Below, one piece after another: positions 50,489-60,612 of a DNA stretch of 64,000 bases. The stretch's first letter is position 1. Each line of letters begins with the position of its first letter. Source of the DNA: an uncultured Muribaculaceae bacterium (GTDB lineage: Bacteria; Bacillota_I; Bacilli_A; RF39; UBA660); assembly GCA_964609615.1 (NCBI GenBank), contig CAZSRL010000002.1:7933-71932 (forward strand), in the 5' to 3' direction. The position numbers and the translations under genes were made by a program. The notes beneath the pieces were generated by a model. That model did not search any database. It was given only the letters and a program-made list of their open reading frames with translations, and was not told the DNA's origin.

Positions 50489-53400
50489 TTAAATGGATTT
50501 TATAATATATAATAATAATTTATTTAATAACTTTAGAAAATCTTCATCTAAATTTAATTTATTTAAAGTAATAATAATATTATTTCCTCTATATTCAAAA
50601 TTAAATTTAGAACTTAGTTTTGTTGTTTCAACAAATAAATCTTCAATTATAAGTTTTTTATATAAATCTTCTTTTAATATTAAAGAAACTTTATATTTAT
50701 CATTTTTCATAATTTTAATATTTAATTTATTTAATGAACTTTCCAAAAGTTCTTGTTCTAAATATCTTTCAAGAGTATTATCAAGACATCCAAATCTATC
50801 TTTTATTTCCCGGGAAATAATTTTATAATCATTTATATCATTAATAGCATTAATTTTATTATGCAATTCTATAATTATATCATCATCATCTGAATATGTT
50901 TTATCAATATGTGTTTGAACATCATCAATGTTAATATTATTTTCTACTTCAACTGGTTTGTTATTCAATTCTTCATTTACTAACTCCAAATATAAGTCAA
51001 TTCCAACAGAATCTATGAATCCTGCTTGTTCTTTTCCTAAAATATCCCCTGCTCCTCTTATACTCAAATCTCTCATAGAAAGTTTATATCCGCTTCCTAG
51101 TTCAGTAAACTCTTTTATAGCTTCTAATCTTTTTCTTGATAACTCATTAAGTATTTGTGATGAATTATACATGAAATATGCATATGCAATCCTATCACTT
51201 CTTCCTACCCTTCCTCTAATTTGATAAAGTTGACTTAAACCAAAATTCTGAGCATTTAATACTATTATTGTATTTGCATTTGGGATATCAACTCCATTCT
51301 CTATTATAGTTGTAGTAAGTAAAACATCAATTTTCTTTTCAACAAAATCCTTCATTGTCTGTTCAGATTGCTCTTTAGATAATTGTCCGTGAGCATAGGC
51401 AATAGTTGCATTCGGAATTAAAGCTTTTAGTTTTTTTAATACCACTTCCATACCATTAATATTATTATAAAGAACAAATGATTGGCCTTGTCTGCTTATT
51501 TCTTTTTCTAATGCCTCTTTTATTAATAATTCATTATAATTAATTACATATGTTTGAACTGGAAATCTATTTAGAGGTGCTGTTTCAATTAAGGATAAAT
51601 TTCTTACACCTACTAAAGACATTTGTAATGATCTTGGTATTGGTGTTGCAGAAACCGATAAAACATGAACAGAATTTTTTATTTTTTTAATTTTTTCTTT
51701 ATGTTCTACTCCAAATTTGTGTTCTTCATCTATAATTAACAAACCAAGTTCTTTGTATATAATTTTTTCATTAAATAATTTATGGGTACCGAATACAATA
51801 TCAGTTTTTCCTGTTTTTAAGTCATTAATTATTCTTTTCGCATCTTTTTCTGATGTGTACCTGTTTAAAAGTTCAATATTAAGGTGAAAGTTTTTAAATC
51901 TCTCCAACGCAGAATTATATTGTTGATTTGAGAGCAAAGTAGTAGGGCAAAGATAAACAACCTGTTTCCCATGCATAATTACTTTAAACATTGCCCTAAA
52001 AATTACTTCGGTTTTTCCATAACCAACATCTCCACAAAGCAATCTATCCATTGGTTTATCTGATTTTAAATCTTCTTCGATTTCCTTTATGGCTTTAATT
52101 TGGTCAATTGTTTCCACATATTCAAACTCATTGGCAAAAACGCTCTCTTCAGGAAAAACTATATTCATAGGCTCTATTTTTATTTTATTTCTTTCTTTTG
52201 AAACTTCAATTAATTGTTTAGAAATATCTGATATTTTTTTCTTAATTTTAAATTTTGTTTTTTCCCATTCCAAACTGTTTAATTTATAAATTTTCGGTTT
52301 TTTCCCTTCTTTAGAGGAATATTTATATAGGGATGTCATACTTGATACCGGTAAATATAATTTATCAGTTCCTTTATATTTAATTAATAGATAATCTTTT
52401 TTTACATTGTTTTTCTCAATTGTAACAATTCCGCCATATATTCCAATCCCATAAACTTTATGCACAACATAATCTCCAATTTTAATGTTTTTTAAATCAG
52501 TTATTTTTTTTGTGTTTTGAATTTTTGATATTGATTTAAAATTTGTATTGTTATTAATAGGAAAAATATCTTTGTCACTTATGTAGTAATTGTTATTTAC
52601 AAATAAACTGGTGTTTAAACCATGAAAAACAAATTTATAAATGTTTAAGTTAAGTTCTTTTATTTTATTTATAATTTTTATATTATTCGAAAAAAAGTAG
52701 ATTTTTTCCTTTTTTTCTTTAACAAAAGTTATAAAATTGTCAATTGAGTCTAATTTATCAACAATATTTTTAACTTCTACATTAATATTTGAATCAACAA
52801 AATAGTCAAGAACGTTCACAAAAAGCTTTTTTTCAGATGTGTGTTTTTTATAATCGTATAATTCATCATCCTCATAATATTTTTTTTGTATGTTTATATT
52901 TTCTTGTGCTTTATATATTTCATTTTCATCTTGTATTATTAAAAATGGATTTTCTAAATAATTAATAATATTAGAAAATGATTCACTGTACTCATCTTTT
53001 GCTGGTTTAATTATTATTTCTTTTTTTTCTTTAATGCTTCTTTGAGTTTCAACCTCAAATTCTCTTATTTGTTCTATTTCATCATCAAATAATTCTATTC
53101 TATATGGTATTAAAGAATTTACCGGAAAAATATCAATTACAAATCCTCTAATTGCAAATTCTCCAACTTCAGTAACTAAACTTGTTTTTTCATACCCTAT
53201 GTCAAGTAGTTTTTTTATTATTTTATCTCTTTTTATTGTTTCCTTTTGCTTTATGCTTAAATATTTTTCTCTATATTTTGTTTTGTTAGGTAATTTTTTC
53301 ATAAAACCATTTATATCTGTTATTAATATTCTTTTTTTATTATTTTCAAATTCATTTAAAAATTGTAATCTAGAAAATGTAAACTCTGGCGACACAGATA

Positions 53401-53641
53401 AAGCTTTTTTTGTCAAGTATTCATCTTCCAAAAATAAATAAACATTGTCCAAATAATTATTTAATGAATTGTAAATTACGTTTGCTTCATTTATTGAAGG
53501 AACCAAAATAATCAAATCATGTGTGTAGTTATCATTTAAATAACATATCATTTGTGAATACATTTCTCTATTATTGCAGTTTATTTTCATATTGTTAGCT
53601 ATTTTAAAATTAAATAAAACATCGCATAATTTATCGTTCAT
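50489..53641 (-). CDS. mfd: transcription-repair coupling factor Mfd (1050 aa, shorter than Bacillus Mfd)
   Basis: Helicase motifs GDVGYGKTE, DEEHKFG; TRG motif; C-terminal KDRFG. Confidence 0.95.
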   Translation of the reverse strand: MNDKLCDVLFNFKIANNMKINCNNREMYSQMICYLNDNYTHDLIILVPSINEANVIYNSLNNYLDNVYLFLEDEYLTKKALSVSPEFTFSRLQFLNEFENNKKRILITDINGFMKKLPNKTKYREKYLSIKQKETIKRDKIIKKLLDIGYEKTSLVTEVGEFAIRGFVIDIFPVNSLIPYRIELFDDEIEQIREFEVETQRSIKEKKEIIIKPAKDEYSESFSNIINYLENPFLIIQDENEIYKAQENINIQKKYYEDDELYDYKKHTSEKKLFVNVLDYFVDSNINVEVKNIVDKLDSIDNFITFVKEKKEKIYFFSNNIKIINKIKELNLNIYKFVFHGLNTSLFVNNNYYISDKDIFPINNNTNFKSISKIQNTKKITDLKNIKIGDYVVHKVYGIGIYGGIVTIEKNNVKKDYLLIKYKGTDKLYLPVSSMTSLYKYSSKEGKKPKIYKLNSLEWEKTKFKIKKKISDISKQLIEVSKERNKIKIEPMNIVFPEESVFANEFEYVETIDQIKAIKEIEEDLKSDKPMDRLLCGDVGYGKTEVIFRAMFKVIMHGKQVVYLCPTTLLSNQQYNSALERFKNFHLNIELLNRYTSEKDAKRIINDLKTGKTDIVFGTHKLFNEKIIYKELGLLIIDEEHKFGVEHKEKIKKIKNSVHVLSVSATPIPRSLQMSLVGVRNLSLIETAPLNRFPVQTYVINYNELLIKEALEKEISRQGQSFVLYNNINGMEVVLKKLKALIPNATIAYAHGQLSKEQSEQTMKDFVEKKIDVLLTTTIIENGVDIPNANTIIVLNAQNFGLSQLYQIRGRVGRSDRIAYAYFMYNSSQILNELSRKRLEAIKEFTELGSGYKLSMRDLSIRGAGDILGKEQAGFIDSVGIDLYLELVNEELNNKPVEVENNINIDDVQTHIDKTYSDDDDIIIELHNKINAINDINDYKIISREIKDRFGCLDNTLERYLEQELLESSLNKLNIKIMKNDKYKVSLILKEDLYKKLIIEDLFVETTKLSSKFNFEYRGNNIIITLNKLNLDEDFLKLLNKLLLYIIKSI
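50803..50822. repeat. copy of 20-bp palindrome TTATTTCCCGGGAAATAATT inside mfd
   Basis: Exact 20-mer; encodes KIISREIK using rare TCC/CGG codons. Confidence 0.8.
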
Positions 53642-53666
53642 TTTACCATCCTTTAAAAAAACAGAT

Positions 53667-54215
53667 TTAATATCTGTTATATTTATTCATTATATACTCA
53701 AAATCTTTAAAAATAAAGTCATTTATTATATTATCTGTTGTTTTTAATAATTCATTAACCTTTTTTAAATCTTCTTTTGAAAAAGAACTTGTAACATAGT
53801 TTGCTAAATCATTCTTTGTTCCAGAAATACCTATTTTAACTCTTTTTATATTTTCTGTAGATAAATTTTGTATAATATTTTTTATTCCATTATGTCCTCC
53901 AGAAGATCCTTGTGGTTTAATTTTGACACATCCTACTTCAAAATTAATATCATCATATAAAACTAATACATCTTTTATATTAATTTTATAAAAATCTACA
54001 AAACTTTTTATAACTTCTCCAGAATTATTCATATATTTTTGGGGTTTTAAAAATATGACTTCTTCATTTTCTATACTTTTTTTTAAATATAAACCTTTTT
54101 TTCTTGATTTTAATTTTTCATTTATTAGATAATGATCTATTGCCATAAATCCAACATTGTGTCTTGTATTCAAATATTTTTCTCCAGGATTTCCTAATCC
54201 AACTATAAGCTTCAT
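53667..54215 (-). CDS. pth: peptidyl-tRNA hydrolase
   Basis: MKLIVGLGNPG...TRHNVGF. Confidence 0.95.
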   Translation of the reverse strand: MKLIVGLGNPGEKYLNTRHNVGFMAIDHYLINEKLKSRKKGLYLKKSIENEEVIFLKPQKYMNNSGEVIKSFVDFYKINIKDVLVLYDDINFEVGCVKIKPQGSSGGHNGIKNIIQNLSTENIKRVKIGISGTKNDLANYVTSSFSKEDLKKVNELLKTTDNIINDFIFKDFEYIMNKYNRY

Positions 54216-55054
54216 AATTCACCTTCTTTTTGTACTTGATTATATAATATATTTTTTGAAATATTATGTTCTTCTGCAACTGTTTTAATTGCATCCTTTT
54301 TTGAAAAACCTTTCTTTAAAAGATTATCTACTTCTTCAAGCAATTTGTGATAGTTTAATTGAGTTTTTTCTGGTTTTAAAATTATCACAATTTCTCCCTT
54401 AACATCTTGATATTCATTAATCGCTTCATTTATCTTTCCCCTAAATATTTCTTCGTTATACTTAGTTATTTCCCGGGAAATAATTATTTCTATATTACCA
54501 AACACTTTTTCTATGTTATTTAGCGTTTTTATAAGTCTGTGTGGTGATTCATACAAGACTATAATAGTGTCCTTCTCTTTTAATTTAATCAATTCCTTAT
54601 GATTAATACTTTCCTTATGGTTTAAAAATCCATAAAATAAAAAGTTTTTAACATCTAATCCTGATGTAGTCAGTGCAGCAACAAAAGCAGTAACTCCTGG
54701 TATTGCAACAACATTATAACCAGAATCTATTACCTCTTTGGCGCTTATTCCACCTGGATCACTTATAATCGGTGTCCCTCTATCAGTAACCAAAGCAACA
54801 TTCTTTTCATTATCTAAAAAAGAAATAATTCTTTTTGTTGCTTCTTTTTCATTAAATTTATGACATGAATATATCTTCTTTTTTATCTCATAATTATTCA
54901 ACAAAGTTTTTGTTGTTCTTGTATCTTCAGCAAAAACAACATCAACTTCCTTTAATGTTTTAATGGCTCTTAATGTTATATCATCTAGATTCCCAATAGG
55001 TGTACTTACTAAAAATAAAGTTGATTTATTATTTTTAAAACTTTTTTGTATCAT
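54212..55054 (-). CDS. rsmI: 16S rRNA (cytidine1402-2'-O)-methyltransferase RsmI
   Basis: LFLVSTPIGNLDDITLRAIKTLKEVDVVFAEDTR. Confidence 0.9.
   Translation of the reverse strand: MIQKSFKNNKSTLFLVSTPIGNLDDITLRAIKTLKEVDVVFAEDTRTTKTLLNNYEIKKKIYSCHKFNEKEATKRIISFLDNEKNVALVTDRGTPIISDPGGISAKEVIDSGYNVVAIPGVTAFVAALTTSGLDVKNFLFYGFLNHKESINHKELIKLKEKDTIIVLYESPHRLIKTLNNIEKVFGNIEIIISREITKYNEEIFRGKINEAINEYQDVKGEIVIILKPEKTQLNYHKLLEEVDNLLKKGFSKKDAIKTVAEEHNISKNILYNQVQKEGEL
54466..54485. repeat. copy of 20-bp palindrome TTATTTCCCGGGAAATAATT inside rsmI
   Basis: Exact 20-mer; encodes IIISREIT with the same rare codons. Confidence 0.8.
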
Positions 55055-55066
55055 TTAAAACTCCTA

Positions 55067-55912
55067 TTATTTATTATAATTTTTTTTTCTAAAATGATGT
55101 GTTTTAATTTTGTTTTCATCGCTTTTGCTACTATTTTGCTTTGTTACAACTATTTTTTCATTGTTTTCCGATATAGCAATATACTTATTTAATAATATAT
55201 CAACACTAATTACTTTTGCCATTCCTTTTTCTGTTTTAACCATTTCTCCAACTGTAGGTAAATTTTTTTTTGCTTCAGTATACATATCATCTTCATAATT
55301 TAAACAACATAATAAACGTCCACATTGTCCATTGATTTTGTTTGGATTAAGTGATAAATTTTGATTTTTAACCATTCCAATACTTACAGAATTAATATTA
55401 TTTAAAAAACTAGAACAGCACAATCTTCTTCCGCATTGCCCAATACCAGATATTTCTTTTGCTTTATCTCTAATACCTATTTGTCTAAGTTCTATTCTCA
55501 TTTTATATATACGAGCTAATTCTTTTGCTAAATCCCTAAAATCAACTCTATTATCAGCAACAAAAGTTAAATATAATTGTGTTTTATCTAAAGTAATATT
55601 TGCATTTAAAAACTTCATTTGTAAATTTAATCTTTTTGCTATTTTTTCTGCTTTTTCTAACGCTTTATCCGCTTCTTTTTTATTTTCTTCGTTTAATTTG
55701 TCGTCGCTTGAGTCTGCAATTCTTATTATTTTTTTCAAATTCTTATATTTTTCTCTTTCAACTTTTTTTAACTCAGTTACAACTTTTGCAATTTGTGTTC
55801 CTTTTTCAGTTTCAACAATAACATAATCATTTAATTTTATTTTTTTGTGATTTGCATCAAAAAAATATATTTTACTATTATTATTAAACTCAACACCATA
55901 TATTTCAACCAT
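55067..55912 (-). CDS. ricT: PSP1-domain protein RicT/YaaT
   Basis: GQCGRRLCCSSFL...GQCGRLLCCLNYE paired Cys motifs; start at MVEIYG with GAGGTG RBS. Confidence 0.85.
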   Translation of the reverse strand: MVEIYGVEFNNNSKIYFFDANHKKIKLNDYVIVETEKGTQIAKVVTELKKVEREKYKNLKKIIRIADSSDDKLNEENKKEADKALEKAEKIAKRLNLQMKFLNANITLDKTQLYLTFVADNRVDFRDLAKELARIYKMRIELRQIGIRDKAKEISGIGQCGRRLCCSSFLNNINSVSIGMVKNQNLSLNPNKINGQCGRLLCCLNYEDDMYTEAKKNLPTVGEMVKTEKGMAKVISVDILLNKYIAISENNEKIVVTKQNSSKSDENKIKTHHFRKKNYNK

Positions 55913-55913
55913 T

Positions 55914-56729
55914 TTACACCTCACTAAACCTTTTAATCAAATTGTCTATAAACAAGTTTATATTTACATTATAATACAATTTTTTATTTTCTTCATTTAA
56001 TATTAGTATTTTTTTTATTATTTTTTTTGAATTGTTGTTTTTTGCAACATTTTCTAATGTAGTTTCCAAATCAAATAAATACTCAATTTTTTTATTATTT
56101 AAAATACTTATACAATCTTTATAAAAATAATTCATTATTTCAAATACTTGAAAAACATCTTCTCTTTTCATTTTTTTAAGCAATTGATAAATTTTTCCTT
56201 GAGATATTATTATTTCATTCTCAATAATATTTATAATGATTAAAGTAATATCGATCAATTCTTGATCATACATATCTTTTAAAGGTAATACTTGATCATT
56301 AAGTTTTATCAAAATACATCTGGATTTAATTGTAGAAATTACTTTTTCTATATTACTAGTTATTAAAAAAGCATATATAAATTCTTCTGGTTCTTCTAAC
56401 GTTTTTAATAAGCAGTTAGCAGCAGAAGTATTTAATTTTTCTGCGCAAGTTATTATATATACTACATTATCATTTATTTGTGATTTTAAAGATATTTCTT
56501 TTTGCAAATCAATAATTTGTTCCTTTGTAATCATTGATTTTTCCAATGTAATTAAATGGACATCAGGATTATCTGTTAATGGTCTTTTTTCTTTCATTAA
56601 AAAACTATTTATTACATTTTCCAAATCATTTTTAATTGCAGGAAAATCAACATCATAAATTAAATATGCATGTCCAAATTTGTTTGTTTTGTTTATTTCG
56701 TTAAACATTTTTTTTAAACTTGTCTTCAT
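55914..56729 (-). CDS. holB: DNA polymerase III delta' subunit
   Basis: N-terminal ...FGHAYLIYD; position upstream of ricT as in Bacillus. Confidence 0.65.
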   Translation of the reverse strand: MKTSLKKMFNEINKTNKFGHAYLIYDVDFPAIKNDLENVINSFLMKEKRPLTDNPDVHLITLEKSMITKEQIIDLQKEISLKSQINDNVVYIITCAEKLNTSAANCLLKTLEEPEEFIYAFLITSNIEKVISTIKSRCILIKLNDQVLPLKDMYDQELIDITLIIINIIENEIIISQGKIYQLLKKMKREDVFQVFEIMNYFYKDCISILNNKKIEYLFDLETTLENVAKNNNSKKIIKKILILNEENKKLYYNVNINLFIDNLIKRFSEV

Positions 56730-56737
56730 TTTTCCTC

Positions 56738-56923
56738 CTACAATATGACTGTTTTTAAAAATAAAAATCCAAATATTGATGGTATTCCTAAAATACTAAC
56801 AATAATAATTGTATATATATTTATTGGTATTATTATACCAAAGTTATTTATAATTATATTAATTGAATATAACATAAATAATGCCAAAACAATCTTTTTT
56901 ATTAACATCATTATTATCTTCAT
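56738..56923 (-). CDS. small membrane protein, BofA-like
   Basis: 61 aa with two TM helices between recR and holB; similarity weak. Confidence 0.35.
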   Translation of the reverse strand: MKIIMMLIKKIVLALFMLYSINIIINNFGIIIPINIYTIIIVSILGIPSIFGFLFLKTVIL

Positions 56924-56961
56924 ATTATCCCTCTTTAAATAATATAAAAATAAATTTCTTT

Positions 56962-57558
56962 TTATGATATTTCTTTTCTATCTCCAAGCGCTTTTTCTAT
57001 AATAAGAGGATCCAAATATTCAATATCAGTTCCAAGCGGTATTCCATAAGATAGTCTTGATATTTTTATTTTTTTTCCTTCTAAAAGTTTTTTAATGTAT
57101 AAAGATGTAGTTTCTCCATTAATATTAGGATTTAGCGCAATAATGATTTCATCTACATTTTTATCTACTCTGCGTAATAATCCCTTAATATCTATATCTT
57201 CAGGATTAATTCCATCTATTGGAGAAATTAATCCATTTAAAACATGATATTTTCCATTATAATTTCCCATTTTTTCAAACAAGAAAACGTTTTTTGGTTC
57301 TTCAACAACACATAACACTTTTGAATCTCTACTATTGTTTTCGCAAATAGAGCAAATATTATTTTCAGTAAGATGATTACATATTTCACATTTTTTTACT
57401 TTTTTCTTACAATTTACTAAGTTTTTTGCGAAATCTTTAACTTCATCATTATCCATTTCTAAAACCGAGTATAAAAAACGCTCAGCGCTTTTTTCACCTA
57501 TTCCAGGTAGTTTCCTAAAGCTTTCTAAAAGTAAAGAAAAACTTTCTGGATATTTCAT
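56962..57558 (-). CDS. recR: recombination protein RecR
   Basis: HhH; zinc finger CEICNHLTENNICSIC; Toprim. Confidence 0.95.
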   Translation of the reverse strand: MKYPESFSLLLESFRKLPGIGEKSAERFLYSVLEMDNDEVKDFAKNLVNCKKKVKKCEICNHLTENNICSICENNSRDSKVLCVVEEPKNVFLFEKMGNYNGKYHVLNGLISPIDGINPEDIDIKGLLRRVDKNVDEIIIALNPNINGETTSLYIKKLLEGKKIKISRLSYGIPLGTDIEYLDPLIIEKALGDRKEIS

Positions 57559-57848
57559 TACATTAATCCTCCCATTGCGTTTGAATACTTTCCTAGCTTA
57601 TTTTCCTTTTCTTTTTCGATTTTTCTCATAACTCCATTAACTGCAGCTAAAATCATATCTTCTAATATTTCCTTATCGCTTAAACTTTCTTCTTCTATAT
57701 CAACCTTTGTTATTTCTTTTTTTCCATTTGCTTCAACTTTTACTGCTCCAACAGTTTCTTCAAACATCATTGCTTCCAACTCATTTGTAGATTTTTGTAT
57801 GTCTTGTTGCATTTTTTTTGCTTGTGCCATTAAACTTTGCATATTCAT
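57558..57848 (-). CDS. ybaB: nucleoid-associated protein YbaB/EbfC
   Basis: MQSLMAQAKKMQQDIQK...VKVEANGKKEI...MGGLM. Confidence 0.9.
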   Translation of the reverse strand: MNMQSLMAQAKKMQQDIQKSTNELEAMMFEETVGAVKVEANGKKEITKVDIEEESLSDKEILEDMILAAVNGVMRKIEKEKENKLGKYSNAMGGLM

Positions 57849-57882
57849 AATTTTCTCTCCTTTATTTTTTTTTATTTTTTCT

Positions 57883-59514
57883 TTATTTTTTCTTTATTTT
57901 TTCTGTTCCGAATAAACTCATTGCTTTTTTTTCTAACTCTGTATAATTATCATTATCTTTTGTTTTTTTTGATAATAATAACTCTTCATCTATTATTTCA
58001 TATTTAATTTTGTTTTTTCTTTTTTCTAAATATTGTTTTTTTTGATTTACCCATTCATTTGTCTTCAAACATGCTACTTTATACCTAGCTTTGTATACTT
58101 TCTTTATTAATTCTTCTATTAATTCAATATTGTTTTTAAAAATTATTTCAGATGATTTATTTTTCAATTCATAAATAACATATTTATCTGATGCTATTAT
58201 TGGTTTTGCATTTAGCAACATATTTGATATGTTATTATAATTTTTATTCGAAATGTAATTAATTATATTTTTGTGTAATTCTTTTATTTCTTCTAATTTG
58301 CTTTTATTAGCATCAACTAAAGCATTATTCACCCTTATATCCATCAAATTATCTAAAAATTGTTTTTCTTCTTTGCTTTGATTTATACTACTGATATTAT
58401 TATTCTCTAAATCATTATCTTTTTGATTTATTTTATTATCTATTTGAATGATTACAGGTGCATTTTCTTCTTTTTCTTTTACTTTCAATAATTCCATCGT
58501 CTCTAATATGGTAATTTCAAATAATATTTTTTGATTTAGTGAAGTTTTTAATTCATTGATAAGAGTTAATATTTTTCTTATAAATAAAATATCAGTGTTG
58601 CTATTTGTTTTAGTTGTGTCATTTAATTTTTTTTCTAAAAGACTAATTCTTAAATTTTCCAAAACATTCTCACAAAATATTTTATAGTTTTTTCCTGTTT
58701 TAGATAATTTGTCTATATAATCTAAAACATCTTTTACATTATTAATTTTTATATTATCAATAAAAGTTTTTACTTCTTCTTTTGGTACCATACCAATAAT
58801 ATCATATATGTTACTAGAATTAATTCTTTCCAAATTATCAGAATAAGCCTGATCAAGCATATTTATTGCATCTCTTAATCCTCCATCAGATAATTCAGAT
58901 ATTAACATCAATGCTTCATCATCTATTTTTATTTTTTCTTTTTTTACTATATATTTTAATCTGTTATATATTTCTTCATTAGTTATTTTTTTAAATTCAA
59001 ATTTTTGACACCTTGATATTATAGTAAGTGGTATTTTTTGTTTTTCAGTTGTTGCAAGAATAAAAATGACGTGATTTGGAGGTTCTTCTAATGTTTTTAA
59101 TAACGCGTTAAAAGCTCCAGTTGATAACATATGTACTTCGTCAATTATATATACTTTATATTTGCCAATATTAGGCAATAGTTTTGCATTGTTTCTTATT
59201 TCTCTTATTTCTTCTACACCGTTATTACTTGCTGCATCAATTTCTATAATATCAATTTCATTTTCCTTTGTTTTTTTACAAATATCGCATTTCCCACATT
59301 TTTCGCCATTATTAGGGTTAATACAATTTACAGTTTTAGCCAAAATTTTTGCAACTGAAGTTTTGCCGGTTCCTCTTGTGCCACTAAACAAATATGCATG
59401 TCCTATTTTATTGGATATAATAGAATTTTTTAGTATAGTAACAATATGATCTTGTCCAACAACATTTTCAAAGTCTATTGGTCTGTATTTTCTATATAAA
59501 ACTTTATAATCCAT
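57883..59514 (-). CDS. dnaX: DNA polymerase III tau/gamma subunits
   Basis: AAA+ GTRGTGKTS; zinc module CINPNNGEKCGKCDICK. Confidence 0.95.
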   Translation of the reverse strand: MDYKVLYRKYRPIDFENVVGQDHIVTILKNSIISNKIGHAYLFSGTRGTGKTSVAKILAKTVNCINPNNGEKCGKCDICKKTKENEIDIIEIDAASNNGVEEIREIRNNAKLLPNIGKYKVYIIDEVHMLSTGAFNALLKTLEEPPNHVIFILATTEKQKIPLTIISRCQKFEFKKITNEEIYNRLKYIVKKEKIKIDDEALMLISELSDGGLRDAINMLDQAYSDNLERINSSNIYDIIGMVPKEEVKTFIDNIKINNVKDVLDYIDKLSKTGKNYKIFCENVLENLRISLLEKKLNDTTKTNSNTDILFIRKILTLINELKTSLNQKILFEITILETMELLKVKEKEENAPVIIQIDNKINQKDNDLENNNISSINQSKEEKQFLDNLMDIRVNNALVDANKSKLEEIKELHKNIINYISNKNYNNISNMLLNAKPIIASDKYVIYELKNKSSEIIFKNNIELIEELIKKVYKARYKVACLKTNEWVNQKKQYLEKRKNKIKYEIIDEELLLSKKTKDNDNYTELEKKAMSLFGTEKIKKK

Positions 59515-59561
59515 TAAAACCTCCTTTGTTTACATAAATATTATACCATATATTTACGTAT

Positions 59562-59966
59562 TTAACTTCTAATATTTTCAAATACTTTAATTATATTTTC
59601 TTTATAACTTAAACAATAATTTGATGGTTTTTTTTCGTATATGGTGTCTTTATTCACTATTTTATCATTTTCTAAATAATAGTAAACCTTTTTTATTCTG
59701 CTTTCTTCTATCACACCTTTACACATTTCACAAGGTCTTACAATGGAATATAGTTCACACTCATCTAATCTCCAATCTTTAAGTTTCTTGTTTGCTATTT
59801 GCAACGCTATTATTTCTGCATGATCACAAATCTTTTTGCTTTTGTTTCTTTTATTATAAGCTTTCGAAACAATTTTTCCATTACACGTAACAATAGCAGC
59901 TACAGGAATTTCATTTTGTTTATATGCTTTATTTGATAATTTCATAAGTTCTTTTTCAATATTCAT
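59562..59966 (-). CDS. tadA: tRNA-specific adenosine deaminase
   Basis: HAEIIAL and PCEMC zinc motifs. Confidence 0.9.
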   Translation of the reverse strand: MNIEKELMKLSNKAYKQNEIPVAAIVTCNGKIVSKAYNKRNKSKKICDHAEIIALQIANKKLKDWRLDECELYSIVRPCEMCKGVIEESRIKKVYYYLENDKIVNKDTIYEKKPSNYCLSYKENIIKVFENIRS

Positions 59967-59985
59967 ATTTTTCTCCTAAAAAAAT

Positions 59986-60058
59986 GATGCACACATATAT
60001 TGAGTGTTATAGCTGCTATCTTCCGATTCTGACTAGTTTCCACTATATATGTTGCATC
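59986..60058 (-). ncRNA. ffs: candidate short-form signal recognition particle RNA (4.5S-like)
   Basis: Minus-strand hairpin GATGCA-CATATAT-GTG-TAG-uCAGaaucGGAAgauAGCAGCUA-CAC-ATATATG-TGCATC then U7; core GUCAG-N4-GGAA-N3-AGCAGC matches SRP RNA helix 8. Confidence 0.5.
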
Positions 60059-60104
60059 TATTTAATTATATTATTTTTTTAAAAATTTATCAACTTATAT
60101 TTAT

Positions 60105-60126
60105 AATTATTTCCCGGGAAATAATT
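60105..60126. repeat. 22-bp palindrome AATTATTTCCCGGGAAATAATT (intergenic copy 1)
   Basis: Perfect palindrome, 12 nt upstream of parS-1. Confidence 0.85.
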
Positions 60127-60137
60127 TTGTATTTTTA

Positions 60138-60155
60138 ATGTTCCACGTGGAACAT
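60138..60155. promoter_or_regulatory. parS: parS-type centromere site 1 (ATGTTCCACGTGGAACAT)
   Basis: Perfect 18-bp palindrome; fits Firmicute parS consensus TGTTNCACGTGAAACA at 15/16. Confidence 0.75.
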
Positions 60156-60252
60156 TGTTACGCTGCATTTTGATATATAATCAACAAATGTTTTTAAACT
60201 TAATATTAATATTTGAAATTTTGAAATTGTACTTTTTTTATTTAATTTTTGA

Positions 60253-60270
60253 ATGTTCCACGTGGAACAT
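60253..60270. promoter_or_regulatory. parS: parS-type site 2
   Basis: Identical 18-mer. Confidence 0.75.
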
Positions 60271-60390
60271 TCAAGTTTTTTTGTTGTTTTAAAATAAAAA
60301 AATTATTATGTAAAACAAAAAAGGTTTTTTATATTTTGACATTTCATATATTTATAAATTATTTACCAGAAAATAAGTTTAAAATAATAA

Positions 60391-60408
60391 ATGTTCCACG
60401 TGGAACAT
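60391..60408. promoter_or_regulatory. parS: parS-type site 3
   Basis: Identical 18-mer. Confidence 0.75.
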
Positions 60409-60496
60409 TTATTATATGTATCTAAGCAATAATATAAGTTTATAAGTTTTAAAAAAAATTATGATTAGAAAATATGTAACTTGTTAACGGTTTTCA

Positions 60497-60514
60497 ATGT
60501 TCCACGTGGAACAT
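60497..60514. promoter_or_regulatory. parS: parS-type site 4
   Basis: Identical 18-mer. Confidence 0.75.
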
Positions 60515-60612
60515 CGGATTATAATAAACATATAATATATTGATTATTTACCTAAATAACGCGTGTTAGACTTTATAAAGATATATATTGTATTAATTAA
60601 AGTGTGCTATTG

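Noticed and set aside
50803-54485. Treating the in-gene ATTTCCCGGGAAAT copies as coincidence from a shared ISREI peptide
   Set aside because: Not dismissed but reframed: the same peptide elsewhere (spoVT) uses common codons, and the 20-nt identity extends beyond the peptide, so chance is unlikely
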